The notes beneath the pieces are model-generated. The model made no database searches and was not told the origin of the DNA. It worked only from the letters and a program-made list of their open reading frames with translations. A stretch of DNA of 64,000 nt, taken from contig NC_087437.1 in NCBI RefSeq assembly GCF_036321535.1, forward strand, positions 92,692,001-92,756,000, read 5' to 3'. Every line of letters starts with the position of its first letter. Position 1 is the stretch's first letter. The position numbers and the translations under genes are program-made. The stretch comes from Camelus dromedarius. Taxonomy: Eukaryota. Shown here piece after piece: positions 24,549 to 38,029 of the stretch.

Positions 24549-27529
24549 GGCACAGTTCTCTAGCCATACTATGCAGGTGGATACTTATTTCATTTGTTTC
24601 TTAGGACTCAAAGTGGCCATTAACTAACTTAACCTCTAAGTGTGATATTATTTGTTTAGTATTTGATAAATAACATTTCAGGATTTTTTCATTGTAAGAA
24701 TCATAGATTCTTGGGAGGGACAGCTAGTTCTTCAAGCACAATTACTGTGTTTGAGATTCTTCATAACTTGAAGAATTAATTTTTACTTGGTCTTGAATTT
24801 TATCTGATGACTTATTAAAAATACATGTATTAAAAATATATATACTTTGTTTAAGGCTACAAGGAAGTTGTGTCACAACAGATACATTTCTTAAATTCAG
24901 TTTGGTGTCACTTTCTGCTTTTCATGAATTGGGGTAACAAGAGTGTCCCTCTGTGCTCCCTGCTCTTATAAGTCTGCCAAGCAATTAGCATCTCTTAACA
25001 TTCCCAGGCAGCTGCCTAATGAAATGCTTGTTTCTCCAGAAAGTCATTTTGCATATAAAACTCTGTCTGATCCTCTGAAACTAAAAAGGTATTTCCAGTC
25101 CAAAAGACACTCTGACATTGCCAAAACAAATGTTCAGATATTTTTAAAAACCCCTTCCAAAATTTACATTAGGTTCATCTATAGAATATCAGTTAAGGCA
25201 GGGTGACCATTAAAATACAAAGTGGCATCTACAAAGATTTTTCCTCACTTTCAAAATATCTTCATTCTGTAATACTTTCAGCATATTATGAATTCCCAGG
25301 TACATTTCTTCATTTGCTTTCTGAAATGGTTCCTTCGAGGCAAATCAGAACCATAAAGAGGATGTAAATGAGAAAAAAAAGTACTATTTAAGCTTTTTCC
25401 AGCTGTTCTTATCTCCATCTTTTTATAGCTAGTAGACCTTTGCCTCATTCTTTAGGCTTTGGAAGACGAACAGACTTCTGCCCACTCTTAAAGAAGGTTC
25501 TTTTCTAAGTATTTAGAGTTCCATTTTCAGGACACAAGCTCAATTCCCTTATCTTTTTATTTATGCATGCCAGCCTAGAAAGGTTTGAGGCTTAAGTGTA
25601 AGAAAATACAAGTCACTGCAGTAGGAAGATGCAGGATTCTGACTCTTCTACCTTGACTGCATGCACAATTAGGCTAAAAGCTTTGGGCTTAACCTCTTTT
25701 CATTAGTTGCATATGTACTTGTAAATTTCTGCAATATTTGGCAAGGATAGGGCATTTCTTAAAGGTTAGGGCATAGAGTCATTCAGTACAGTGATTGTCA
25801 GGATGTATTACGGTTGTGGAGATCATGCCTTGACAACTGATAACACACTAGAGTTATCGTCAAGGCCCAGAACTCAGAATAATCTGATCTTTGGAAAAGG
25901 TTAAAAAGACAGAACTATTCCTGGTGTCAGAACAAGAGCAATAGGATGTTCCTAGGATCAGAGCAAAGAAATCTGCCTCATTGTCTGTGCTGTAATCAGA
26001 CTATGCCACATTCAGAGTCAGATGGAATGTTTTTCCAATTCCCCACCTGCTCACAGATAACCAATCATGTCATAAACACAGGGCCAAGCAAAGTGAATTG
26101 CGTTGTAACTTCCAACACAGACTCTTATAGCTGTTATACCCCAATGGCAAAGAGACCTCAAGAGAAACCAAGAACAATAAAAGAAATAGAGAAAGAGAAA
26201 CTAATCAGGAAATGGATCAAGATTGGGTACCAGTCCCAGTGTCTTCAGTTCTAAGACTAATGATGCTTGTGCTTGAATTGGATGGGTTATGTTTTAGTGA
26301 CAGAGAAATGAATAGGAATCCCAGGTTTTAATGTAAAAAACACTGACCACTGTTCTCTTGATTGAATGCATTCATCAGAAAGTAATGACTTTTTAATTTT
26401 ATATTTGTATCCTGGTTTATAGAAAAATCTAAAGACAAAGTTTCTCTATATAGCAATATATAAGTACATCACAACACACACACATACATGCATATAGACA
26501 CAACTGGTTGTCTTCATTTTGTCCTTTTCAAATGAACTGAAAGCTTCAGAACTTGTCAAAAGGTCTTGAGACTTTTGTTAACACACACAAAACCTGACAT
26601 ACAATTTGCTCAAAATGTCTCAGCTGGAAATTTACTTGGACTCTATTGGTTTGTGTTGAATGGAATATTCCCAAGTGGTTGTAGTTTTGCAGTGGCTCAA
26701 CCTGGAATCTTAGGAAACAAATTCCAAGAGCAGAGAAAGTTTTGCAGTATGATATGGTAGAGGATGAAAGGTACTGCCTGCTTTAAAGAAAGTAATTATC
26801 AACTAGGAGTTAATCATGTTGGTTCCTCTGTTCCAGTTTCACTGCTGTCATCTTCATCTAAAAACCTAAGAAAAAGGTAGTGATTGGCATATTTAAATCA
26901 ATATCTAACACAAAATACTGTGCCACACATAAGGAAATTCTTCCCCTAATTGCAAAGTAGCACATAATATGAAAGCCTGAAACTAGCTGATATAAAACTA
27001 TCATGTTTCAATAATTTTTCATACCCATACAGGCTTTCTCAATCTTTATTTTATACAGTGGTAGAAAAAAAAATGACAATTACTAAAGATTTTGAAACAT
27101 CAAAAGCTGAAGGATTTTCTCTGTATTTAATTTCACAATCAGTAAGTCATACAGAAGGATTATTTATTAGACCTAATGTTTGCCTTACCATAGCTCTAAG
27201 CAACATCCCATATATCATATCTTTAGCAAATGAAGTCCACCTGCCAAAGCTACTGGTGAATTTGGCCAAACCATTAACTAAGGAGTCCCTGAAGTCAAAT
27301 AATGAGTCACGCAGGCTGACATTGATCAGTCAATTTAGTCAAAATGGTCCATCTGGAGCATAAAAACATAGCACAAAAATAAAGGAGGAAGAAGAGGAAG
27401 AGATTATCTAGTATGGATCAAGCATTTTGTATTTTCACATATTTTATTATTGATTAGAATTTTTAATATGGTTTTGAAGAAAAGGGACATATGGCAAGCT
27501 AAGAATTTTTATTAAGAAAGATATTCATA

Positions 27530-27868
27530 CAAAAGTATTTAAAGGTGTCATGATAGGAGGTCTGGGATTTGCTTCAAAATAACCCAGTGGCACGGGGTTG
27601 CAAAAGGCAGTTAGTAAGGTATATAGATAGGATGGCTGCATAACTCATTGCCCAAATGGGAACACCTTTGAGAGAGTAAGGGAAGGTTAAGATAATTAGC
27701 AGTCACATAGTGATTTAGATGTGAAATGTGGGAATGGAAATGTATTCAGCCTAAGTTTTACAGAAACAAGATTTTAAAATTGTGGAATCCAGGTGATGGG
27801 TACATGGAAAGTTCATTATGCTATTCTCTTAAATTTGTATATGTGCTGAAATTTTCCATAACAAAAGT
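27530..27868 (+). mobile_element. Old L1 (L1MC/ME-type) 3' end
   Basis: TCTGGGATTTGCTTCAAAATAA and GGTGATGGGTACATGG...TTCATTATGCTATTCTC...GAAATTTTCCATAACAAAA. Confidence 0.7.
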
Positions 27869-28854
27869 CCTGTAGCATAAAGAACATTAAATATCTTGCA
27901 TTAAAGGCAATATGACTTTGATAAACCCATTTTCTATATCAAATTCATTGGTATCCACATTTTGGCAAAGGTTCCTTCCCTTCATGAAATTCTGAAATTC
28001 AACAGCAAGGAAAGTTGATTCTGACTTTGATTAGAGTGAAAACAAACATGGACTATGAGAAGGCTAGGAGGTCTTATTCATTAACACCATCCCCAGCGGA
28101 CTTTAAGGGCATCCTGGAAAAGAGAAATGAGTAGTCGTTAAGTTAGTGTTCTGTAGAAAGGCATCATTAATATGGGTCCTAGAGAAAAGAACAGAAATAA
28201 AAGACAAGTTTGCCATTCTAAGAACTCCTCTCTCCTTGCGTGACCAATAGCACTGTAAACCCAGTAAGCATGGGGCAAGTAGCAAGTAAGACGTAAGCAT
28301 CAGTTAAACCTCACCTATGTGCAAGTAATAAAAACCAACTAGAGCAGCACAGACACAAACCTCATGGGTTCCTCATGTCATCACCAATATGGATCATTAC
28401 TGCTCCTTCCATCCTGGAGTGATCTATATTGTTTGCAGAGGCCGATAGAGTCCAGATCCATAGGCTGAATCTACTGTGCTGTGGTCCATTTTTCTCCAGC
28501 TGAGACCATGAGTATCATTAATTAAACTTGGCAGACTTATCACTTCTTGTACTGAAGCTCATCCTTGTATCTATTACCCATTCATATAGGTAACTGTATA
28601 AATTAATTCATTAGTCCTGAAAGGAATGTTCAAGAACAATAGTCTAACAGAGACGACTCTTGGGAAAAGTTAGTTTGCATAAAGTTTTTACCTCAAATTC
28701 CATTTCCTCCACAATGTGGAAATAGGTCACATACTCAACATACAACAACTGACAATGGCTCAGGTAAATGAGTGATCATTCCTAGTTTATTTAAGCCACA
28801 CCACAACCCTATGGTCTATTAGATATAAAGTGTGCACTATTATCATCATCATCG

Positions 28855-28975
28855 TTTTACTGATGATAATATGAGGCACAGAAATGTAATAATTTGTTAA
28901 GGTCATCCAACTGGCTAGTTGCAAAGCAAGGATTTAAACACAGGTGTCCTGTTTCCCATGCTATGCTCTTATCTT
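28855..28975 (-). mobile_element. MIR SINE
   Basis: TTTTACTGATGA...TGAGGCACAGA...AAGGTCA...GGATTTAAACACAGG. Confidence 0.7.
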
Positions 28976-29210
28976 CAAAACCTGTCTTGTAAAGTAGCAT
29001 TTCCAAGTGAGTAGTTATGACAAGCTGTACCATAAGGGACTCAAGATTAGAGAGGCTGAGTGCTATGCTTACATTGATCACATGTTGCCATCCAGCAAAT
29101 ATCAAACTTTTTCCTTTGTTAATAAAAAAAGGTAAATGGTTCAAGTTTAAATTGGCTAGAAAGCTGGGTCAGTCACCAGCTCCAGATAGTGTATTTATAT
29201 TAGTCTGAGT

Positions 29211-29433
29211 CAGGGGTTGGCAAACTATGGTCCTTTGGTTAATTATGACACTATTTATTTTTGTAAAAAAGTTAAAAAGTTTCATTGGGACACAGCCACA
29301 CCCATTCATTACTATCTATGAATGCCCTGGGGCCACAATGAGTAGTTGCAATAGAAACTACATGTCCCACAAAGCCTAAAATGTCTCCTACCTGATTCTT
29401 CACAACTTCACAATGAAAGTTTGCCAATCCCTA
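29211..29433. mobile_element. MER58A hAT-Charlie MITE
   Basis: CAGGGGTTGGCAAACT...AGTTTGCCAATCCCTA TIRs; degenerate 8-bp TSD GTCTGAGT/GTCTAAGC. Confidence 0.85.
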
Positions 29434-29652
29434 GTCTAAGCTAATCATAGTAATTCCATTTCCCTTACTGTGATTGGTTTAAACAAAGGCAGGTGATACT
29501 TTTCTTGTCAATGAGTGAGATGCTTGGGGAAGTCTATTCGTTGTGACACCAGAGCACATGGAAAAGTATACTCTTCAGAAAGAAAATAAGAAATAAGCAT
29601 CTGTTCTTTGAGCCTTTGAACATTGTTGAATCAGGATATGTCACAAGGGCTT

Positions 29653-30117
29653 TGTTATGGATTGAATTGTGTTCCCCCCAAAAAGATATGTTGAAGTCTT
29701 AACTCCCATATCTCAGAATATAACCTTGCATGGAGATAGGATCATTGCAGATATAATTCATTAAGAGAAGGTCATACTGGGGTAGGGTGAGCCCCTAATC
29801 CAATATGACTGTTGTTCTTATAAGAAGATAGTACGTAAAGACAGAAACACAGGGAGAATGCCATGCAGCAATAAAGGCAGAGATTGAAGTGATGCATCTA
29901 TCAGCCAAGGAATGCCAAAGATAACCAGCAAATCACTGGAAGCCAGAAGAGGAGCTTGGAACAGATTCTCCCTCATATCTCTCAGAGGGAACCAACCTTG
30001 CCAAGACCTTGACTTCAGACTTCTAACTTCCAGAACTGAGACAATAAATTTGTATGTTTAAGCCACTCAGTTTGCTTAGATGCTCAGAAGCTTTGTTATG
30101 GCAGCTCCATTAATATA
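29653..30117 (+). mobile_element. MaLR solo LTR (MLT1B/C-like)
   Basis: TGTTATGGATTGAATTGTGTTCCCCCCAAAA...GACTTCTAACTTCCAGAACTGAGACAATAAATTT; 5-bp TSD GGCTT/GGGTT. Confidence 0.88.
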
Positions 30118-30977
30118 GGGTTGCTGTAGCAAACTTATATTCATGGGGGAAGTAGGCTGAGGAAAAGTGTCAAGACATTGAGAATGATGGACACAGAAGG
30201 AGAGGCAGCACAAACCTAAGTCATGGAGTATATGTTGATCCCCTGAGTTGAGCAAGCCTAAAATTATGCCTTGAGATTTCTAACCTGGGATAACAAATTG
30301 CTTAAGCAATTTTGCATATTGTCCTCTGTTACTTGCAACCCAAAGCATCAAAAAAATGATAGACAACATAGCCTGTGTTTTCCAAAGCAGTCCTGATTTC
30401 AAATATCTTATTTCACTGTCTGCACAAGTACAGCCAAACTTAGTAGCAATTACTTTCTGCTCTTTGGTTCAGAAAATAAGATGATTATAACAATACTGGT
30501 GCTAGGAAATAGGTAGAAATGAGGAAGGAAAGGCTTTAGAGACAGAGGGCAAAGCAGAAATGCGCAGAGCCACAGAGAGTGAGGCAGTCAGGCTGCTAAG
30601 AGGCTAGGACAGGTACTAACTATTAAAATCGAGTCTGCAATTAAGAGACGTGATGAAGCAGAGTAGTATATTTTGAAAAGAAAGTGGGTTTGTTATCAAA
30701 ACTTATTAAGACTTCCATAGAGAATGGCAACTTGCTTTCTTGATATTTATATAAAAGCCAAAGTATTTTTTAAATTAACAATTGAAAGAAAAAAAAACAC
30801 GGGCACTTTTACTAAACAATATAAACTGGCAAGATTTTAGTACAAACATTAGGAGAAGGCTTACTAGCTATCTGTGCACATTTCACTACACACATGTGCA
30901 GCTGTACCAAGGGAAAGGGCACAACAAACATTATGTGTGACAGGACATGTCTCTAGGAGGAAAATTCCAATAACAAT

Positions 30978-31529
30978 TGAGATATTGAATATACAAATAG
31001 ACCATGGCCAGACCATATATAAAAATAGAACTCTAACCCAGCAATCTGCAGCAACATGCCCAAGAAACCAGCACCCCTATCTTTAACAAACAGCCCAGGA
31101 TGTCAACCTGCTGTAAGTCAGGCTTGCAGGAAGCCAGATTGCTATCTAGTGATAATCAAGGAAACTAAATAATAATTTCTCTAACAGTCAGCCCAATATA
31201 GCCAGGATTTGATTAATAACTGACAGGTTCTCTATTTTTCATTCCCCTCTTCCGACTTAGGACTAACTAAAGAAAGCCATGTCTGAAGCCCTAACCGATC
31301 ACACAGGATGCCCTGCTTCTAGTTAGCCTGTCTACAGCCTCCCCAACCCAACAACCTCCAATCAGGGCATACCTGGATCCTGCCCTTTTTTTCACTGTAA
31401 AGCTTTCCCAGTCCTCTGCCTGCCTTTGAGTGTCTGCCAAACACAAGTGATGGTAGCTGACTCTGTTGTTATTTTCCAAATAAATAGCCTTTGCTTTTCT
31501 CATTTGTTTGATCTGTATTTATTTCCACA
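30978..31529 (+). mobile_element. ERV1 solo LTR (MER90/MER87-like)
   Basis: TG...CA ends, near-TSD CAAT/CAAA, AGAACTCTAACCCA...CTGCAGCAAC, CCAATCAG and AATAAA. Confidence 0.7.
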
Positions 31530-31800
31530 CAAATAAGTGAAGAAACGCCCTCCATCACCCCCAAAACTCCAATGTCCATGATATTCATGAGGAAAGATTT
31601 AAGGTGAAATTCAGGATTCCAAACTAACTCTGGTAGAGCTTTCAGAAATGATAGAGCCCTCATTCCCATTCACCACCCACCCCAGGCTCACAGAACCACC
31701 TCTACAGCCAACCCAGTATTGATAGTGAGCAGAGGAGAACCACCAAGCACTGTTTTTAGCTGAAAGATGAGTTATCTCTCAAATTCAGTTCAAAGGACTC

Positions 31801-31863
<63 letters not shown>
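31801..31863. repeat. (ATA)21 trinucleotide microsatellite
   Basis: Perfect uninterrupted ATA array; source of the poly-Tyr ORF. Confidence 0.97.
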
Positions 31864-31866
<3 letters not shown>

Positions 31867-32329
31867 GTCCACAGTGTGGGCAATAATCTGATTTATATGT
31901 TGATACCAGTGTTGATTGTGACTCAAAGTGCATGGTACATAGAAAGGAATAAAGAAAGTATTTCTTTTTATTTTAATTGATATGCTTCCCAAAAGTTGAC
32001 ATTTTCTCTAACCCCACATAATTCAACAAGCATTTCTACACCGCACAGCCCTGTTTAAAGAGGTAGCAATGTCTCTTACTGACTTGACTTCATAAGGCAC
32101 TGCCCTGACAAGCCACTGAAATACTGAACTTATCAAAAAAAAAAAACTTATACAGACAATTAAGATTTATTGGAGAAGTTCCCACTTCCTAGCTACTTCT
32201 GTAGACCAGACTCCGGCGCCTTTAATACTTGAATTACTCAGCTGATCAATTGGTATTCCTGACCATATTTCTAAAAGGATTCCCAAGCTAGTCTTCTTTA
32301 AATGCCACTTTGACACCTTCTATCATTAC

Positions 32330-32830
32330 CAGTGTCTCCCTATTGTCTTTCTATACCAAATCCAAACACCTAATCCTTGATGCATTTCTCTAATACCATA
32401 TCTCAGCTGTTTACATATTGTCTTACGCTCCAACCACATCAATTATGTAGCTGCTCTAGATAGCATTCACATTTTTCCTGTTAACCTATTTTTATACTAC
32501 AAATAAAGGTTTTCCTATTGAAATTTAGATACACACTGTCCTTCAAGATTCAGTTAAAACTCTTGTGCTTCTGGAGGCCTTCTGCTGTATGGTTCTCCAA
32601 TTTTGATAACTGTTTCCTCTGCACCTAAATATGCATTTTACATTTGCCACAATACATTCTGCCTGCAAATTCTTGTCAACTATAAATGGTTTCAATTCTC
32701 CATGCAAGATTGGAAACCCCTCAAGGACAGGAATCTTGCCTTCTCTTCTTATGAGTTTTCCTCTGTCCCTATCAGCGCCACACAAGATAAGAACTTTTAA
32801 AGGTACGCTGCCTGGCTTACACATGCTTTC
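32330..32830 (+). mobile_element. L2 fragment (degenerate)
   Basis: AAATCCAAAC..CCT, AAGATTCAGTTAAA, CTCAAGGACAGGAATCTTG and GCCTGGC motifs. Confidence 0.5.
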
Positions 32831-33182
32831 ATTCATCTGGGGGTATTAAGCTCATCAGCAGCTGGTTGAGCATGCTGATTTGAAAAGCTGCTTCAATGTA
32901 TACAATAAGTGATACATTTCACGTTTGGTGAATAACTTCTCCCACTTTAAAATTCTAAAGTGCAGCATAAAAATAGCATCTGACAAGGCTGTCCATCTGG
33001 AAGGAGCGTTCTGTGCATTGCAAAGTGAGCAGACACGAAATCCTGAAGAGGACTCAAATTGGAGAGACCAGTGAAGTGTTTTGCCAACAGGAAAGGAAGA
33101 TGATTGCTTTTCTCAAACTGTGCCATGTTGCCAAGTATAGGAATCCAGCTGTTAATGTGAGATTTATACTCATTTCACTTAC

Positions 33183-33280
33183 CTATAAATGCATCATGCA
33201 TCATTTTTCTTTTAATTACTCAGATGAGCTGGGTAGTTATAGGTGATGCACTGAGGTCTGAGCATAATCAAAATGAGCTA
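33183..33280 (-). other. Candidate non-coding exon (98 nt; 95 nt with the NAGNAG alternative)
   Basis: Acceptor TTTTCCTTTCACTTTATCACAG|TAG, donor TAG|GTAAGT (consensus); stops in all three frames. Confidence 0.4.
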
Positions 33281-34977
33281 CTGTGATAAAGTGAAAGGAA
33301 AATATTTTTGTACTCGATGGAGGAAAAAAGTATGTTTGTGTGAAAAAAAAAATAAGATCTTGTCACTGCAACAATCTAATTAGTGTTAAAATCTCTTTAG
33401 TTATCCAGGACTGAGACTCTTCCAATTATAGAAGAAGTGATTTTGTACAAGAAATCTATATCAATGTTTTTAAATTCTTAATTACTTTTCTATTTTGTTC
33501 CCTCATATTCAGAGCATTCTGATGGGCAGCTTTATCTTGTGTAAGCATGCTTGTGTTCCTTTTCCTCAAATCTCTGAAAAGCTTTCAATTTTCTGAATTT
33601 TGACATCAGAATTCCCAGCCAGATTTTCAAATCCTCTGTCAAATTCTCCTACCCTCCATAGAACAACTCAGTTCTTATATGAATTTCTCATCCAATTTTC
33701 TCTGTTGAGTATTTTAAGAATTTTCTCAAAATGTGCCACATTCTTAAAGTAGCCCCTGTCCTATCATATTTGGAAACAATTTTTATCTCTTTCTGGAAAC
33801 CTGCACTGACTCTTTAAACTCAGTTTCATACCCTAATGGTATTCACTTCACCAGCACGTCTGCTCATGTTCATCCAAGTATTTTCATTGATTACATTTCA
33901 CATCTGTACACATACATATTTGTTTTTTTAGTCAAGAAAGAGTTGATAAATGGAATATAACTTTGTCATATGACAATTTTATTGAAAATAATGGCTGTCA
34001 TTTATAATCCTGGTGTTGTGTCGATCCTCTTGGCACCCAGAAAAATGCAATGTCCAAAGGAAATATTAATGATCATAATGATTAATCTAAACTAATGAAA
34101 TCCCATTGTTATCCTCCCTCATTTTTCACAGAACCTTCATATCCTTCATATCCTCCTGCAAGTGCAAATCCCAATTTTCACCCCCTTCAGATGGCTCAGG
34201 AATATTGTTCTATCAGTCATTATTACGTCACACATCCGTATAAGAATGGTATTGCACAACCATTTATGATTTTTATTAATCATTATAATTGCCATATTGA
34301 ACTGAAACGGTTCAATCTCTTCCAGTGCGTAGCATGATAGCATTACAATAACCTCCATTCCTCCTCCACCCCACTTTGATTCCTGTGAATGCTCAATTTT
34401 CTTAAATTTATAACATTTACATAACAACATACCCTGTCCTGCTTGCAAATATAATCATTTGCACTGTCTTAAGCTAACTGAAATTTCTTAAACCTTTGCC
34501 TTGAATCTCACTACAGTGCTCCTCTCAGCCAAATCAGTACCTTAATCTAGGACTCGTGAATAACATGGCTTTTTAAGAAAAAGAATGAGACACAAGGGTA
34601 AATACGTTGTAATAGGATCTGCAGAATTGTGGTTACTTTAAGTCATTATTTTATCTTTCCAATGACCGGTCTACAAGAGAGAAAAATGTTTTAAAAATTG
34701 GACTAGTTTTCAGTAATTCTCCCTTTGAAGAGACAACAACCTGCATGACATCAAATTGAAGGGGATAATTTAGCTAGTGTGGCATTCAGAGAGGATTCAA
34801 CTAAATCAGAAGCAGTACCTTCCCTATGAAGGTAAATACTTTAAATTTTGCAAGTAGGGATAGGGATGTGATCCAGGAAATACATAATTTGTTTTTTCAC
34901 TCTCTCTAAGTTAGGGAATAGATAAAGCTCTTAAATTCCCTAAGCTTTTTCTAAAGGTACGAAACTATCATTCACTA

Positions 34978-34981
<4 letters not shown>

Positions 34982-35015
<34 letters not shown>

Positions 35016-35016
35016 T
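34982..35016. repeat. (CT)n microsatellite
   Basis: Direct TC repeats. Confidence 0.95.
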
Positions 35017-36710
35017 GTATAACATTCTATTTTTCCACTTCAGGAAGCACTAGTACTGAGACATTTTGAACGCAAATTTTGTAGTGGACCAAACCATGCT
35101 ACACGCATGTGACATTATTTTTCAGGACCATATTTTTTGTGTGTTCTCTCTCTAGTTAAAAGCTATTTCTTTGAGTTGCCCAAAACACAAGAGAAAGTGC
35201 TAAAGAGTTTCAAGACCCTTTCATTTAATATAACAATTGTGCAACCAAAATGATACCATAAATAGGAATGATTTTTTTAAACCACTAACGTTTGGAGCTT
35301 TTAAATAGAATTCAGGAGTGTAATGTTTCAGAAGGGTCATACACAATCCTATAGAGAGCAGTATGACCTTGAGTGGGGAAAGAGGGATGTACCATGTATG
35401 GCTTACAAACTGCTCCATCGGATTCTTCACATTTGCAAAACTCAAGAACAGCAATTCCGATTGGCTCAACAAGTTTAGGCAATTACCTTACAGATGCAGT
35501 AACAGTGAAGAAAGTTCAGTTCAATTTCTGCAAGCACTAGTCCAAATGAGAACTGCAAGCAAAGCAATGAGTAGTGATTTTTTTTCTCCTCAGTTCTTAA
35601 TGCTCTAGGCAAGGGATTCAATCCTAAAGGCTGTGCTATTGAGAGCAGAGAAGAATACTGAGCAATGGGTAGTGATTGCAGTGAATGCTGCTGTAGGCAC
35701 TGGTGGAAAGGAAATAACACAAATCAGAAGGAAAAATAAAAGGGCAACTGGAAATAATAAAAGATAAGTAAGGCTATCAGTGCAAAAGAAGGTTTTTACA
35801 AAATGATAAATGTGGAGAAACAATTTGTTCTCTTGAGACACAAAGACTTCTGAAAAGAAGTCATCTGATCTTTAGAGGGCTGAAGTGTTAATAACGTACT
35901 TGGGGACATTTAAGTTATTGTAGCTGGTTCGCTGATATTGCAGTTTTTAGTTTCCAAATGGCTTCTGGGTAAGTAACAATCTTCCATTTAAAATCTGTCT
36001 GCCCTGCTGACACTCTGATCACATTGCTTACTCAGAACAGGTGTTTCATGAAACCAGCTTTCAGTGCCAATGATGAAGCACCTTAGAGGGGCCACACCTC
36101 AGCACAGATATATGTAGTTTTGAAGTCTGAAATCTCTGGTGTGCTCAAATTTGGAAATCGAAAGCAAAGAGCAAATAGTTTTCTTGTATAATGTTAATGT
36201 CTTTCTCGTCTTCTTCAGAAACTATGTGGGCTTCATGTGTTAGAAATGGGTGTTATTTTCCCTGCATTATGGCACCGTAGGAAAGGTCTTTGAGGCAGAG
36301 AAGCTTTTATTCTCATTATACTGTATATGTGGAAGAAATAGGAAATCCTTCACTGGTGCAGACGAAAAGATTTTCATTCTGTCTGGAGGGGAAATATGCC
36401 AAAGTGGCTGAAAATAATTCAAGTCATTGGCAAAGAGCTGTACTCTAAGGAGCCTTTTGGTGTAATTTGATTTTGTGCCTTTTAGGGGAGCAAGTGAGAA
36501 GTGATTCCTTCTGTCCCCGAGGGCCAGGAGATTTTAAATATTACAGAATCCTTAAGGTGGATGATGATTGACTACAATGTTGAAAGACAACCTGGAATTA
36601 TGATATCCTTAAGAAACAGTAATAAAGATAATGCTTACTGAGTTAGAGAAGGTCCCTTTCCATTCATTGTACTTTGTCTTAACACTGAGAAAACAGTCTA
36701 AGCTTCAGCA

Positions 36711-36850
36711 GGGAGGGTATAGCTCAAGTGATAGAGTGTGTGCTTTGCATGCATGAGGTCTTGGGCTCAATCCCCAGTACCTCCCCACAAAATAAATAAA
36801 CCCAATTACCTCCCCCATAATTAAACAATACAATAATAAGTAAAATATAT
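36711..36850 (+). mobile_element. tRNA-Ala-derived SINE of the camelid Vic-1 type
   Basis: GGGAGGGTATAGCTCAAGTGATAGAG (A box)...GCTTTGCATGCATGAGG...GGGCTCAATCCCCAGTACCTCC (B box-like), then AATAAATAAACC..ATTACCTCCCCC and an A-rich tail. Confidence 0.85.
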
Positions 36851-37614
36851 TTTTTTGAAAGAGTAAAAGCTAGATGCTCCTCTGCCTACAAAGCCACAGG
36901 ATTATTGCTAAATTCCGTAAGTGCTGTGAGTAATAAAGGATGAATATAATCTGCTCAGTCAGAATCAACCACTTACAGATGGGCACCCACGGCATTACAA
37001 TGCCAGGATCCTACTTACTGCGAGTCCTAGAGAAACGTGCAGGGCAGCCAAGGCTGTTTTGACATGCTCCGACTCAAGTCCCCGTCAACATCCCCTCTCA
37101 GTATGGCCTCTTCACATATCTTGGATCTTCTTCAAACAGAGGCTCAGAGTCTATTAGTTTTCAATTTATTCCTCCTCAGTTACAAAGGAAAAGACAGCCT
37201 TATGTGTTGCTTCTTCATTTTGGAAGATGCCAGTTTCTTCCAAATCATTTCAGTAGTGGAATTTTAAGTATATGTTACACAAGGATCCCTTAACATTCCT
37301 CTTCTTCTGAGACTTAAATGTGAGGCAGGCTCTGACTACCTTAATATTTCTCATGTGGAAATAAGTAGATTTAAGTTGTCCACCCACTCCAAGACTGTAC
37401 AGGCAAATTGCAACTTCAGCATGGTGTATGCCTACTTTCCTTTCCCTTATTTACCCAAAAAACTAAGAAAGAGGACGGAAAGGGTGCAGGAGATGTCTCC
37501 AGGACAAGGCCTCACATGCACAGCACAGCGCGTGACTGCCTGGGCTCCAGAGTATCCACTCTCCCACTGGCAGACCCTACAAAACTGTGGGCAGCTCAGC
37601 TGTTTCCAAAGCTC

Positions 37615-37775
37615 AATGGTTCTTCACATTTTAGCTCACGTCCGAATCACCTGAGGGCTTGTTAAAAAAACAGATTGCTGGGCCCCGCCCCCAGAGCTCT
37701 TTAATTACTTAGGTTAGGATGGATGTTTGTATTCCTGACACATCTCCTGCTTGTCGAGGGACCACACCATAGCGC
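37615..37775. mobile_element. MER5A-family MITE
   Basis: GAATCACCTGAGGGCTTGTTAAAA...CAGATTGCTGGGCCCCGCCCCCAGAG...GGGACCACAC. Confidence 0.75.
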
Positions 37776-38029
37776 AACAGTCTTGTCCCCTAAACATTTT
37801 ATTTCCCATTCTCCCTGATGATTTTATTTAGCATACTCCAAGGGTCACACAGAATGGCATGCACTGTATGAGGTTGAGAAGTCACAATGCACATCCAAGA
37901 ACAAACTCTGTGTTCATGTTTTCATACAACTCTCTGAGGGAAGTGTCTTGATTTCATTGTTGGATTCAATGAAAAACACAGGATTTGAAAGTCAGTTCAG
38001 GACTTCCAGATTTAGATGTACCTCATCTG

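Larger units (their letters stand above)
29160..30350 (+). mobile_element. Old MaLR LTR (MLT1J/K-like), interrupted by two younger insertions
   Basis: GTGATTGGTTT...CAATGAG...GGGGAAGTCT and terminal TCTGTTACTTGCAACCCAAAGCATC flank the inserts. Confidence 0.55.

Noticed and set aside
31756..31992. Poly-tyrosine ORF
   Set aside because: Translation of the (ATA)n microsatellite.
36032..36320. 289-nt minus-strand exon candidate
   Set aside because: Good acceptor but weak exonic donor context (TGA|GTAAGC), long for an internal exon, and no coding signal.
36711..36784. tRNA-Ala(TGC) gene
   Set aside because: Degenerate stems and B box plus a SINE tail indicate a SINE copy, not a tRNA gene.
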